64,000 nucleotides of DNA from Chloroflexota bacterium. Its GTDB lineage: Bacteria > Chloroflexota > Dehalococcoidia > Lucifugimonadales > UBA3495. Made by a program: the position numbers and the translations under genes. The notes under the pieces were generated by a model that was given only the letters and a program-made list of their open reading frames with translations, was not told the origin of the DNA and made no database searches. Below, in pieces: positions 1-8,666 of the stretch. Position 1 is the stretch's first letter, and the number at the start of each line of letters is the position of its first letter. Where the stretch lies: contig JAQBVF010000007.1 of NCBI GenBank assembly GCA_027623675.1, positions 32,001 to 96,000 on the forward strand, written 5' to 3'.

Positions 1-82
1 CGTGGACGTGCCCAACTTCGTCGTTTCCGCCTTTTTGCCGTTGGACATATTTGAGGACTGAGGGTTCGCCGCAGCTAATCGA

Positions 83-718
83 TTATGATTTTTCTATAGA
101 GAAGAGCCAGTTGGCGCCGGACTGCCCTCCCGCCTCCAGGTCGTCTCGAGTGGGAAACCCGGCCCAAATAACCGATGCCAAGAGGAAATGCTTGCCCGTC
201 GCAAGGGGCAATGGCACGATTACCTCCCAGCCTTGCACGCCCTCGTCCCGGTTAAAGGTCAGATCACAGGGATTGTGCGTTCCCGAGGCGAGGAGAATAT
301 TCTGACATGAATACAGGACCGACGGGAGCTCCGTGCCCAGCCCTGTTTCACTTACCCTTGATATTTTTACATCGACTGGCGGCGCCGTGGCGCCAAGTCT
401 TAGTAGAAAAGAGCCTCTTTGCAACGCCGCAATCGACTCGGGCATTGGCCACGGCAGGTCCACTGTGTAGCGCTCTAATTCTCCTTTCACGGTCCAATCG
501 TAGTGAATCATCACACCTTCCTGGATGTGGGCGCCCGTGTCATTTTCCACGACGAGATGGGCCAGTGGAGGCCTTAGGGGCAATGGCGGCCATACAGCGG
601 AGGTGTCCCCATTTTCACCCATGAGCCTGTCCACGGCAACAAACAGCGGCCCGGCAACGACGGTGACGATCAGGATAATTGCCAAAAGTTTTTTGGAATG
701 CAGGACCAACTTTGACAC
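83..718 (-). CDS. Hypothetical membrane-anchored/secreted protein
   Basis: 211-aa ORF with basic N-terminus followed by a hydrophobic helix (LLAIILIVTVVAGPLFVAV); co-oriented with the two upstream genes. Confidence 0.65.
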   Translation of the reverse strand: MSKLVLHSKKLLAIILIVTVVAGPLFVAVDRLMGENGDTSAVWPPLPLRPPLAHLVVENDTGAHIQEGVMIHYDWTVKGELERYTVDLPWPMPESIAALQRGSFLLRLGATAPPVDVKISRVSETGLGTELPSVLYSCQNILLASGTHNPCDLTFNRDEGVQGWEVIVPLPLATGKHFLLASVIWAGFPTRDDLEAGGQSGANWLFSIEKS

Positions 719-794
719 CCCCCATAAACATGGACCACCCTTGTATCCAGATCAAACTCGTCCAAGCCAAGCGGCGCTCAGGCTCTTTAAATGC

Positions 795-1529
795 CTAACC
801 TACATACTGAATCTTGACGCCGGGAGGGGGGGTGAACTCGAACATGTCATCGGGGATAGTTTCATCGAAGACCACCTGAGTCACCTCCCTTATCATCAAT
901 TGCCGGCCATCGATCCACGCCGCTACCCTAAGCATGGAGCCACGCTCTGCGTCGACCAAAAGCTCGTACTCATCAGCCCATGCCCACAACATTTCCGAAA
1001 GCGGGTCCTTGGGGTCGATATCGTCTCTAGGCCACGCCTTCACCCGTATCGCCTCTCTCCCGGCGTGGGTAGCCCGGCCGGATGGCTCTACGACCACCAT
1101 CAGGAGCGCGTTTGATGGGTCGTAGATGTCCGTACCCTCCCGATAGTAGCGAGTGTATTGTGGATTGGCGATTACGGTCTGACCTGCTTGTACGTTTGTG
1201 ACGACTGAGGGTCGACGCAGATTGTTATGCCAGAATCGATCGCCGTTTACAATCTTCGTCAGCCAGGGCTCCCCATCTGGGCGATAAAACTCGTAGCGCC
1301 AACGGGACGGGGGTTGGACCCAAATGCGCGAAAACCACTCTGTCTCGGGGGCAACGGGAGACTGGGGGCCGAGAGAAACCACGCTCCCGGCCCCCCGCGC
1401 CGAATGGAAGCGGCGGCTAGCTTCCGCCTGCGCTTCTTCATCCCGCCAAACTCGCACCGTCGCCTGGAAGGTGCTGAAGGAATCGCGGGCAGTAAAGATT
1501 AGCTCCAGTAGGTCCCCCAACTCACTCAT
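795..1529 (-). CDS. LolA/RseB-like fold protein (lipoprotein-carrier-like), no evident signal peptide
   Basis: RIWVQPPSRWRYE, IVNGDRFW, LLVDAERG and C-terminal FDETIPDDMFEFTPPPGVK are typical of LolA-superfamily proteins. Confidence 0.65.
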   Translation of the reverse strand: MSELGDLLELIFTARDSFSTFQATVRVWRDEEAQAEASRRFHSARGAGSVVSLGPQSPVAPETEWFSRIWVQPPSRWRYEFYRPDGEPWLTKIVNGDRFWHNNLRRPSVVTNVQAGQTVIANPQYTRYYREGTDIYDPSNALLMVVVEPSGRATHAGREAIRVKAWPRDDIDPKDPLSEMLWAWADEYELLVDAERGSMLRVAAWIDGRQLMIREVTQVVFDETIPDDMFEFTPPPGVKIQYVG

Positions 1530-1543
1530 AGATGTGGGCCTGT

Positions 1544-1999
1544 TTAGCCACAGACGACGTCGGTGGGCGTGTTGAATGTTGGGTCATTAAGGGATGAAGT
1601 AGTCTTAGTCCATTGATCTGTTCCCTCTATCACCAGATGATTAGTCATGGTGAAGTATTTTCCATTCTCGCAAATTCTACGTGGATTGCCGTCCACCAAT
1701 ATTTTATTAGGGCCTTCGCCTACGCCGGTTGTAAGCTGAGTGTTGCCATTGATAGTCCATTTCCAAAGTCCCGTGTTAGCCCTCAAGTAATCTCGAGGTT
1801 GCCCGTCTTCGCAATAAGTGAATCCATGGGCCGAAAGGTCCTGACCTGGATTCGACCAATGCGGGTTGTCGCTCCTACCCGTACAGGGGCCAACATTCTC
1901 CTCACGCTGGTGGTCATACGCCAAAGCCGTGGTAGTAAATGCCGCCACAAGGATAAACAGAACGAATGAAACCCCCGACAAAAGTTTGTACCGATGCAT
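1544..1999 (-). CDS. Small secreted Cys-containing hypothetical protein
   Basis: ATG at 1999 preceded by GAGGTG; signal peptide ending ALA-Y; four Cys in the mature part. Confidence 0.7.
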   Translation of the reverse strand: MHRYKLLSGVSFVLFILVAAFTTTALAYDHQREENVGPCTGRSDNPHWSNPGQDLSAHGFTYCEDGQPRDYLRANTGLWKWTINGNTQLTTGVGEGPNKILVDGNPRRICENGKYFTMTNHLVIEGTDQWTKTTSSLNDPTFNTPTDVVCG

Positions 2000-2288
2000 G
2001 ATACACCTCGCTAATTTAGATGCATGGAATATACATAAACCGCGATAATTATCCAAATGGTGTGAACAAAGTGTGAGTTTCTAACTGATGTGATAAGCAT
2101 AGCCCGTTTTAAAAAAAGCGCCGCTGGTGGGTGGTTTCGGCAGTCATCGGGTTCCGAGGGAGTTGAAGACCGTGGCCCCGCCGCAGAGCGTAGGCCAATC
2201 TGTACCGGCTCCCGGTTCGATGAGGTATACTCCCAGTAATCCAGCCGAGGGTCGGCAATCGCGAAGAAAAATCAAAGGGGGTGAAGAC

Positions 2289-3470
2289 ATGAAATTCGGA
2301 CTCCTATTTGAGATGCAACGGCCCTTTGAGGGCAACGACGTGGACTGGAACTCCCTGTACCGGGAGACCCTGGACCAGTGCGAACTGGCCGACCAGGTGG
2401 GCTTCGACGCCCTGTGGTTCGTGGAGCACCACTTCTTGATGGGGTTCTCCGGTTCGCCCTGTCCCGAGGTCATGCTGGGCGCTCTAAGCCAACGCACCAA
2501 GAACATCCGCATCGGCTTTGGGGTCTCCATCCTCCCCAACCACCATCCCATCCGGGTGGCAGAGCGCGTGGCAATGGTCGACCAACTGACCAACGGCCGC
2601 GTGGAGGTCGGCACCGGCCGCTCCAACGCCTACGAGCAGGTGGGCCAGGGCATCGACCCCCGCGAGACCAGGGACCGCTGGGAAGAGTCCATCTCCATGC
2701 TGCCCAAGATCTGGCAGTCCGACGAATTCTCCCACGAGGGCAGGTTCTGGAATGTCCCGCCCAGGCGCGTGCTGCCCAAACCGTTCCAGAAGCCCCACCC
2801 TCGCTTGTACCTGGCCTGCACCCAGACGGAGAGCTTCCGATTGGCGGCGCAGAAAGGCATCGGGGTGCTGTCGTCCGCGTCATACGCCGTGGATATCCTG
2901 AAGGAACACGTCAAGGTTTACCGGGACGCCATCAAGGACGCTGAGCCGGTCGGTGCGGAGATCAACGAATTCTGGGGCAACAACGTCCATTCCTTCTGTG
3001 GCAAGGACGACCAGGCCGCCAAGGAACTTTGCGCCGATTCCATGAAGACTTTCTTCGGCCCAGACAAGCCCTACATCCAAGGCCGCATCAACGCCTACGA
3101 GGAGTTGTTGGAGTCCTGGGGCGGCGTGCCCGATAACCTGAAGGCCGACTTTGGCCGGTGGCTGCGCCAGTCCGATGACGACCACAAGACCCAGGCGGCA
3201 GAGGCCGGCATCTCCCTTGATTCGGGTCCGGGGGCGGCCCGCGCCGCCGTGGCCGAACTTGACGCCAACGTGCTGGCCGACCGGGGCGTCATCATCGCCG
3301 GAAACCCCGAAAGCTGCATCAAGACCATCAAGACCTACGAAGACATCGGGGTCGACCAGGTGATGCTCATAATGCAGACGGAGACCATCGAGCACGACAA
3401 GGTGATGGAGTCCATCGAATTGTTCGGCAAAGAGGTCATCCCAGCGTTCAGCAAGTCCAAGGTCAGCTAG
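2289..3470 (+). CDS. LLM-class flavin-dependent oxidoreductase (luciferase-like monooxygenase)
   Basis: MKFGL start, GFDALWFVEHHF, HPIRVAERVAMVDQLTNGRVEVGTGR, PKPFQKPHP. Confidence 0.93.
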   Translation: MKFGLLFEMQRPFEGNDVDWNSLYRETLDQCELADQVGFDALWFVEHHFLMGFSGSPCPEVMLGALSQRTKNIRIGFGVSILPNHHPIRVAERVAMVDQLTNGRVEVGTGRSNAYEQVGQGIDPRETRDRWEESISMLPKIWQSDEFSHEGRFWNVPPRRVLPKPFQKPHPRLYLACTQTESFRLAAQKGIGVLSSASYAVDILKEHVKVYRDAIKDAEPVGAEINEFWGNNVHSFCGKDDQAAKELCADSMKTFFGPDKPYIQGRINAYEELLESWGGVPDNLKADFGRWLRQSDDDHKTQAAEAGISLDSGPGAARAAVAELDANVLADRGVIIAGNPESCIKTIKTYEDIGVDQVMLIMQTETIEHDKVMESIELFGKEVIPAFSKSKVS

Positions 3471-3491
3471 CGCCGGCGCGAGCGGCAACAA

Positions 3492-3534
3492 AAAGCCCCT
3501 GGTCTTAAAGATAAGACCAGGGGCTTCGTCTTTC
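3492..3534. terminator. Bidirectional intrinsic terminator
   Basis: AAGCCCCTGGTCTTA / TAAGACCAGGGGCTT inverted repeat between convergent genes. Confidence 0.75.
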
Positions 3535-3557
3535 GTTTAGGCCGCAACGGTCAAGGG

Positions 3558-4502
3558 TCAAAGCCGCGTTCTGACCTCCGACACCAGTTCCGCCGCCAGA
3601 CGTTCGCCTTCGGCTATCGACGCCACCTTGTACCCGGCCATGCCGCATTTCAGGCTGGCTTGGGCGGTGGCGAACCGGGCGCACTGCTCCAAACTCCACC
3701 CCCTCACGCTCCCGTAGATGAACCCTGCCGAGAAGCACGAGCCGGCCCCGTTGCCGTCGATCGCGTCGACCCGCGGTGCGCTAACCCTTACAGTCTGGCC
3801 GGCGTCGGCGGCCAGACTGCCGCGCCCGCCTCCGGTGACGACTGCCGTCGCCATGCCCGAATCCAGCAGACCCTCAGCGATTGACACCATGTCTTCCTCG
3901 GAGTTGGCGTCATCGGCCGAGACCTGACAGACAGGGGCGTAGGGGGCAAGCTTGCTGAGCAGCTCGTGGTCCCGGTATTGGGACTCGATGTTTACCAACA
4001 CTGGAACCCCCAAACCCGAGGCGGCCTTGATCGCCCGAAAGATGTGGTTGCCATCGTACCAATCGACATAGAGGAATCCGGCGCCCTCCAACGGCGTCAG
4101 GTCGGCATCGTCCAACGTGGCCACCAACTCCGGGGTCCGCTGGTAGAAATAGGTGCGTCCACCGCTAGGGTCGACGATGGACAGTTCGGCAACGGTTGCA
4201 ACTTGGGGGTCCAAGGTGATCTCCGCCGGAATGCCCTGACGGACGATGATGGCAGCCACTTTGGCGCCCAGGTCGTCGTCTCCCAGAGCTGACGGGATAA
4301 GCCTGGTCTTCTGGCCCCATTGGTGGAGCATGCCCGCAACTATGGCTGCGTCGTCGCCGTAGGAGTCGGTCAACCGCTGGATCGGTAGCCCCGTGTTGTG
4401 GATGGGTATCCGGTCCACCGCCATCAACTGCAGATAGCTCAACACACCGAAGCACACCACTTGTTTCCCAGATCCCGCGCCTGCCCCGTCTTCGCTGCTC
4501 AA
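3558..4502 (-). CDS. PfkB/ribokinase-family kinase with atypical catalytic motif
   Basis: LGDDDLG, GGRTYF, VVTGGGRG and DGNGAGSCFSAGF (PfkB signature 2 with GAGS instead of GAGD). Confidence 0.85.
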   Translation of the reverse strand: MSSEDGAGAGSGKQVVCFGVLSYLQLMAVDRIPIHNTGLPIQRLTDSYGDDAAIVAGMLHQWGQKTRLIPSALGDDDLGAKVAAIIVRQGIPAEITLDPQVATVAELSIVDPSGGRTYFYQRTPELVATLDDADLTPLEGAGFLYVDWYDGNHIFRAIKAASGLGVPVLVNIESQYRDHELLSKLAPYAPVCQVSADDANSEEDMVSIAEGLLDSGMATAVVTGGGRGSLAADAGQTVRVSAPRVDAIDGNGAGSCFSAGFIYGSVRGWSLEQCARFATAQASLKCGMAGYKVASIAEGERLAAELVSEVRTRL

Positions 4503-4748
4503 TCGGCCACTCCCGTTATGGGTAATCCGGTACGGCCCTCGCCGCGTATACCCGGCAAGTATCTGTTCCCAACTCTGGTCCAGTCACCCAGTATAGCAAT
4601 CCGTTATTGGCGGCAAAGGCGTAGCCGGTGAGATAGTGGCCCTCATCGACGACTGAGTTCATTGACACTAGCTAGGGGCCTTATTACAGTTGAATCTAGT
4701 GATTATCTTACCGGGAAAACCGTTAATCGACCCATGGCGAGGGATCGG

Positions 4749-6479
4749 ATGAGACCGCTATTCGCTCTTGTATCATTGGTTCTTTTGGTGGCGATCGCGT
4801 GCTCTCCGGGATCCACATCCGATTCCGCATCCGGTCCTTCTTCGGGAGACAGCCCCACCCAGGCCGCGCCCTCCGACGCTGGGAATGAGACCGCCGGCGG
4901 ACCACCAGGCACACCCACTCCGACCCCGCTACCTGCCAACCCACCGGCGGGGCGGTCCGGAAGCGGGAAGATCGTGGACGGCGGGACATTCAGAGTCCTG
5001 GCGTCCGACCCTCCAACGCTCGACCCACACCTCACCACCGACGTGAGCTCGGCTATCTTTGCCGTAGAGATATTCGGCGGCCTGATGACCATCGACAAGA
5101 ATCTGGCCGTGGTGGGCGACCTGGCCGAGGGCTGGGATGTTAGCCCCGACGGCACAGCCACCACCTTCCGCCTGAGGCCCAACGCCAGATTCCAAGACGG
5201 CGAAAGCGTGACGGCAGGCGACGTCAAATGGTCCCTGGAAAGGGCGGCCGATCCACTGACGGAGGCGTTCAACGCCAGCATTTTCCTGGGTGACATCGTC
5301 GGAGTTGAACAGAAGCTTTCCGGAGCGGCCACCCAGATATCCGGAGTGCAGGTGATCGACGAGCGGACCATCACCATCACCACCGACGCTCCCAAGGCCT
5401 ATTTCCTCTCGAAACTCACCAACCCCATCTCATTCGTATTGGACCAACAGAACGTTGAATCAGGCCGAAATTGGTTCTTGAAACCCAACGGGACCGGCCC
5501 CTTCCGGCTTACGGAGTACCGGCCCGGTGAAGTGCTGCGGCTGTCCAAGTCCGAAAACTACCACCTGGGTCCGCCCATGTTGGACGAGGTGGAGTTCTTG
5601 CTCAGCGGCGGCAACAGCATGCTGATGTACGAGAACGACGAGATACAGGTCACCGGGATCGGTCTGTCAATGTTGGACGGCGTCCTTGACCCGTCCAACC
5701 CTCTGAGCGCAGAAGTTGTTCAAGCCCCGCCCCAATTCGAAATCCAATATTTCGGACTGAACACGTCCCAGCCTCCGTTCGACGATGTGAAAGTTAGGCA
5801 GGCTTTCAACTATGCCATCGATCGGCAGACCCTGGCCAGCACCCTGCTTCAGGACCTGGTGTCGCCGGCTGAAGGTATCCTGCCTCCGGGATTCCCAGGC
5901 TTCAATCCCGACCTCAAAGGGTACAGGTTCGACCCGGACAAGGCGCGCCAGTTGATCAAAGAGTCCAAGTACGGCTCCGCCGAGGCGCTGCCCCGAATCA
6001 CATTGACGCTCCCCGGCAATTTTGGCGCAGCGATCAGCCCGTCCACCGAGGCCATGCTGGCCATGTGGGAAGAAACGCTGGGGGCGGACATCAACATCCT
6101 TCAGACTGAATGGGCCATATTCCTACAGGACCTGCACCAGAATCGGTTCCAGATGTTCGGCGGTCTTGGCTGGATCGCAGACTATCCAGACCCAGAGAAC
6201 TTCCTGGACGTACTATTCCATAGCAACAGCAAGAACAACCAGTCGGAATACAGCAACGGTCAGGTTGACCTGCTTCTTGAGCGTGCCCGGGTTGAGCCGG
6301 ACGAGAATAAACGTTTCGACCTCTATCATCAGGCGGAAAGGATCATTGTCGACGAGGCCCCGTGGATACCGCTTTGGCACTCTAACGGCGGTTCGGTCCT
6401 GCTCAAACCCGAAGTGAACGGATACTTCATATTTCCGATGGTGGTTCCGAGATACCGCTACATCTACTTCACTGAATGA
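4749..6479 (+). CDS. Peptide/nickel ABC transporter substrate-binding lipoprotein (family 5)
   Basis: Lipobox VAIAC, Pro/Ser linker, TLDP, GTGPF, PFDDVKVRQAFNYAIDR, GWIADYPDP; start could also be 4734. Confidence 0.92.
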   Translation: MRPLFALVSLVLLVAIACSPGSTSDSASGPSSGDSPTQAAPSDAGNETAGGPPGTPTPTPLPANPPAGRSGSGKIVDGGTFRVLASDPPTLDPHLTTDVSSAIFAVEIFGGLMTIDKNLAVVGDLAEGWDVSPDGTATTFRLRPNARFQDGESVTAGDVKWSLERAADPLTEAFNASIFLGDIVGVEQKLSGAATQISGVQVIDERTITITTDAPKAYFLSKLTNPISFVLDQQNVESGRNWFLKPNGTGPFRLTEYRPGEVLRLSKSENYHLGPPMLDEVEFLLSGGNSMLMYENDEIQVTGIGLSMLDGVLDPSNPLSAEVVQAPPQFEIQYFGLNTSQPPFDDVKVRQAFNYAIDRQTLASTLLQDLVSPAEGILPPGFPGFNPDLKGYRFDPDKARQLIKESKYGSAEALPRITLTLPGNFGAAISPSTEAMLAMWEETLGADINILQTEWAIFLQDLHQNRFQMFGGLGWIADYPDPENFLDVLFHSNSKNNQSEYSNGQVDLLLERARVEPDENKRFDLYHQAERIIVDEAPWIPLWHSNGGSVLLKPEVNGYFIFPMVVPRYRYIYFTE

Positions 6480-6537
6480 TCGTAACTGGGAATAACCTAG
6501 ACTGGGGGCGGGATTGACGGAACCGGCCGGGGGTGGC

Positions 6538-7422
6538 ATGAAGGTATATCTGGTGGACGGCACCTACGAGTTATTTCGCTCCTACTTCGCTCTGCCGCCA
6601 ATCCAGGCTCCCGACGGCCGCCCGGTTGGGGCGGTGCGCGGCGTGGTGCAGAGCCTACTTCATCTGCTGCGGGAAGAGTCCGTAACCCATATCGGCTGCG
6701 CTTTCGACCACGTCGTAGCGTCGTTCCGCAACGACGTGTTTGCCGGCTACAAGACCGGCGAGGGCACCCCGGAAGACCTCATGGACCAGTTCGAGTTGGT
6801 GGAGCGGGCGGTGGCGTCTCTGGGGATACAGGTCTGGCCCATGGTTGAATACGAAGCCGACGACGCCCTAGCCACGGCGGCCGCCAGATGCATCAAGATG
6901 CCTGGCGTGGAACAGGTTGTGATCTGCTCCCCGGACAAGGACCTGGCCCAGGTCGTGCGGGGGAACTCGGTGGTCTGCCTGGACCGGCGTCGGAACAAGC
7001 TGATCGACGAGGCCGGCGTGGTGGAGAAATTCGGCGTGTCACCCGGTTCCATCGCCGACCTGCTGGCCCTGACCGGCGACGCCGCTGATGGCATTCCGGG
7101 CATCCCCCGTTGGGGCGCAAAGACAGCATCCCAGGTCCTGGCACGCTACGGGCGAATCGAAGACATACCCCGAGACGCGGCTGATTGGGATGTCAAAGTC
7201 AGGGGGGCGGCAGGCGCGGCGGATAGCCTGAACGCCCATGCCTCCGAGGCGGCGCTATACAAAGACCTGACCACCCTGCGGACGGACGTTCCCATCAACA
7301 CTGATCTGGCGACGCTGGAGTGGCCGGGAGCCCACCGGGAGAGATTCCAGAGTTTATGCGCAGAGTTGGGTTTCGGCAGTAGGCTGGCGGAACTGCCACA
7401 CCGGTGGTCAGACGGGTCTTAG
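6538..7422 (+). CDS. Stand-alone 5'-3' exonuclease / flap endonuclease (PolA N-terminal-like)
   Basis: YLVDG, EADD, SPDKDLAQ, LTGDAADGIPGIPRWGAKTA. Confidence 0.92.
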   Translation: MKVYLVDGTYELFRSYFALPPIQAPDGRPVGAVRGVVQSLLHLLREESVTHIGCAFDHVVASFRNDVFAGYKTGEGTPEDLMDQFELVERAVASLGIQVWPMVEYEADDALATAAARCIKMPGVEQVVICSPDKDLAQVVRGNSVVCLDRRRNKLIDEAGVVEKFGVSPGSIADLLALTGDAADGIPGIPRWGAKTASQVLARYGRIEDIPRDAADWDVKVRGAAGAADSLNAHASEAALYKDLTTLRTDVPINTDLATLEWPGAHRERFQSLCAELGFGSRLAELPHRWSDGS

Positions 7423-7428
7423 ACGGCA

Positions 7429-7456
7429 ATAAGGGCGGGTGCTTACCCGCCCTTAT
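7429..7456. terminator. Hairpin terminator between convergent genes
   Basis: ATAAGGGCGGGT-GCTT-ACCCGCCCTTAT perfect 12-bp stem. Confidence 0.7.
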
Positions 7457-7579
7457 CGTTACATCAGCCGCCGATCAATCCTGGTTGGCCGCCTTAGTTT
7501 TCGTTGAATGGCGATTTCGTTCAGCGGCGGGAGGGACGTGATTCACCATTGGCGCCCTACCCGATCGTCATCAATCAGG

Positions 7580-8666
7580 TTAGTCCTGTATCCCACCGCT
7601 CGTGGTTATCTTGATCGTCTTGAGGAATCCATCACTCCCGGGGCCTTCGTAAGCCACGGCGAACACATCGCCAGAGATGTGAATGATTGCCGGTGTTTTG
7701 CCCGTCAAAGTATCAAACTCCAGCGTATCGATCACGGTGTCAGTTATCTGGCCATTGGTGGCAGTCTCGATCGTCTTCACGAAACCGTCATCGCCGTTAC
7801 CGGCATAGGCCACCGCGTAGACGTTGCCCGAGACTTTGATAAGCTTTGGATTCTTGCCCTTTGAGGTGTCCCATTCCAGCGTGTCGATCGCCGAGTCCGT
7901 GATCTGGCCACTGGTGCTTATCTCGATCGTCGTTACGAAGCCGTCATCGCCGTTGCCGGCATAGGCTACCGCGTAAACATTACCGGACACTTTAATTATC
8001 TCTGGGTTCTTGCCCAATGTGGTGTCGAACTCCAAAGTGTCGATCACCGCATCCGAGATGTCTCCGGCGGCTGATATGTCCACCGTCTTCACGAATCCGT
8101 CGCTGCCGCTTCCAGAGTAGGCGATGGCGTATATGTCGCCGGAGACCGGGGTGATGCTGGGAGATTCGCCCTGGGAGGTGTCGAATTCCAGGGTGTCGAT
8201 CACCGAGTTGGCGATCTGACCGGCGGTGGTTATGGAGATGGTCTTCAAGTACCCGTCCCCGTCGTTGCCCTCATACACCACGGCATAGACGTTACCCGAG
8301 ACCGAAATAATCACGGGCTCCTTGCCGGAATCAGAGTCGAATTCCAGGGTGTCGATCACGGAGTTGGTTATCTGGCCGCTGGATGAGATCTCGACGGTCT
8401 TCACGAACCCAGCATCTCCGTTTCCGGCATAGGCGACGGCGTAGACGTTACCCGACACAAGGACGATACTGGGCGTCTTACCCTTTGAATCGTCGAATTC
8501 CAGAGTATCGATCACCGTATCGGTGATCTGTCCATCGGCGGAGACCTCAAAGGTACTCAAGAAACCGTCATCACCGCTGCCGGAGTAAGCGATGGCGTAG
8601 ATATTGCCCGAAATGGCGATGACATCGGCCGTCTTGCCCTGTTCGGTGTCGAACTCCAGGCTATCC
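7580..8666 (-). repeat. Seven tandem ~156-bp coding repeats
   Basis: Consensus DTLEFDxxxGKxPxIIxVSGNVYAVAYxGxGxDGFVKTxxIxxxGQIxxxVI repeated 7 times. Confidence 0.95.

Noticed and set aside
1..48. Possible minus-strand gene start (MSNGKKAETTKLGTST)
   Set aside because: Only 16 codons lie inside the window; cannot be supported
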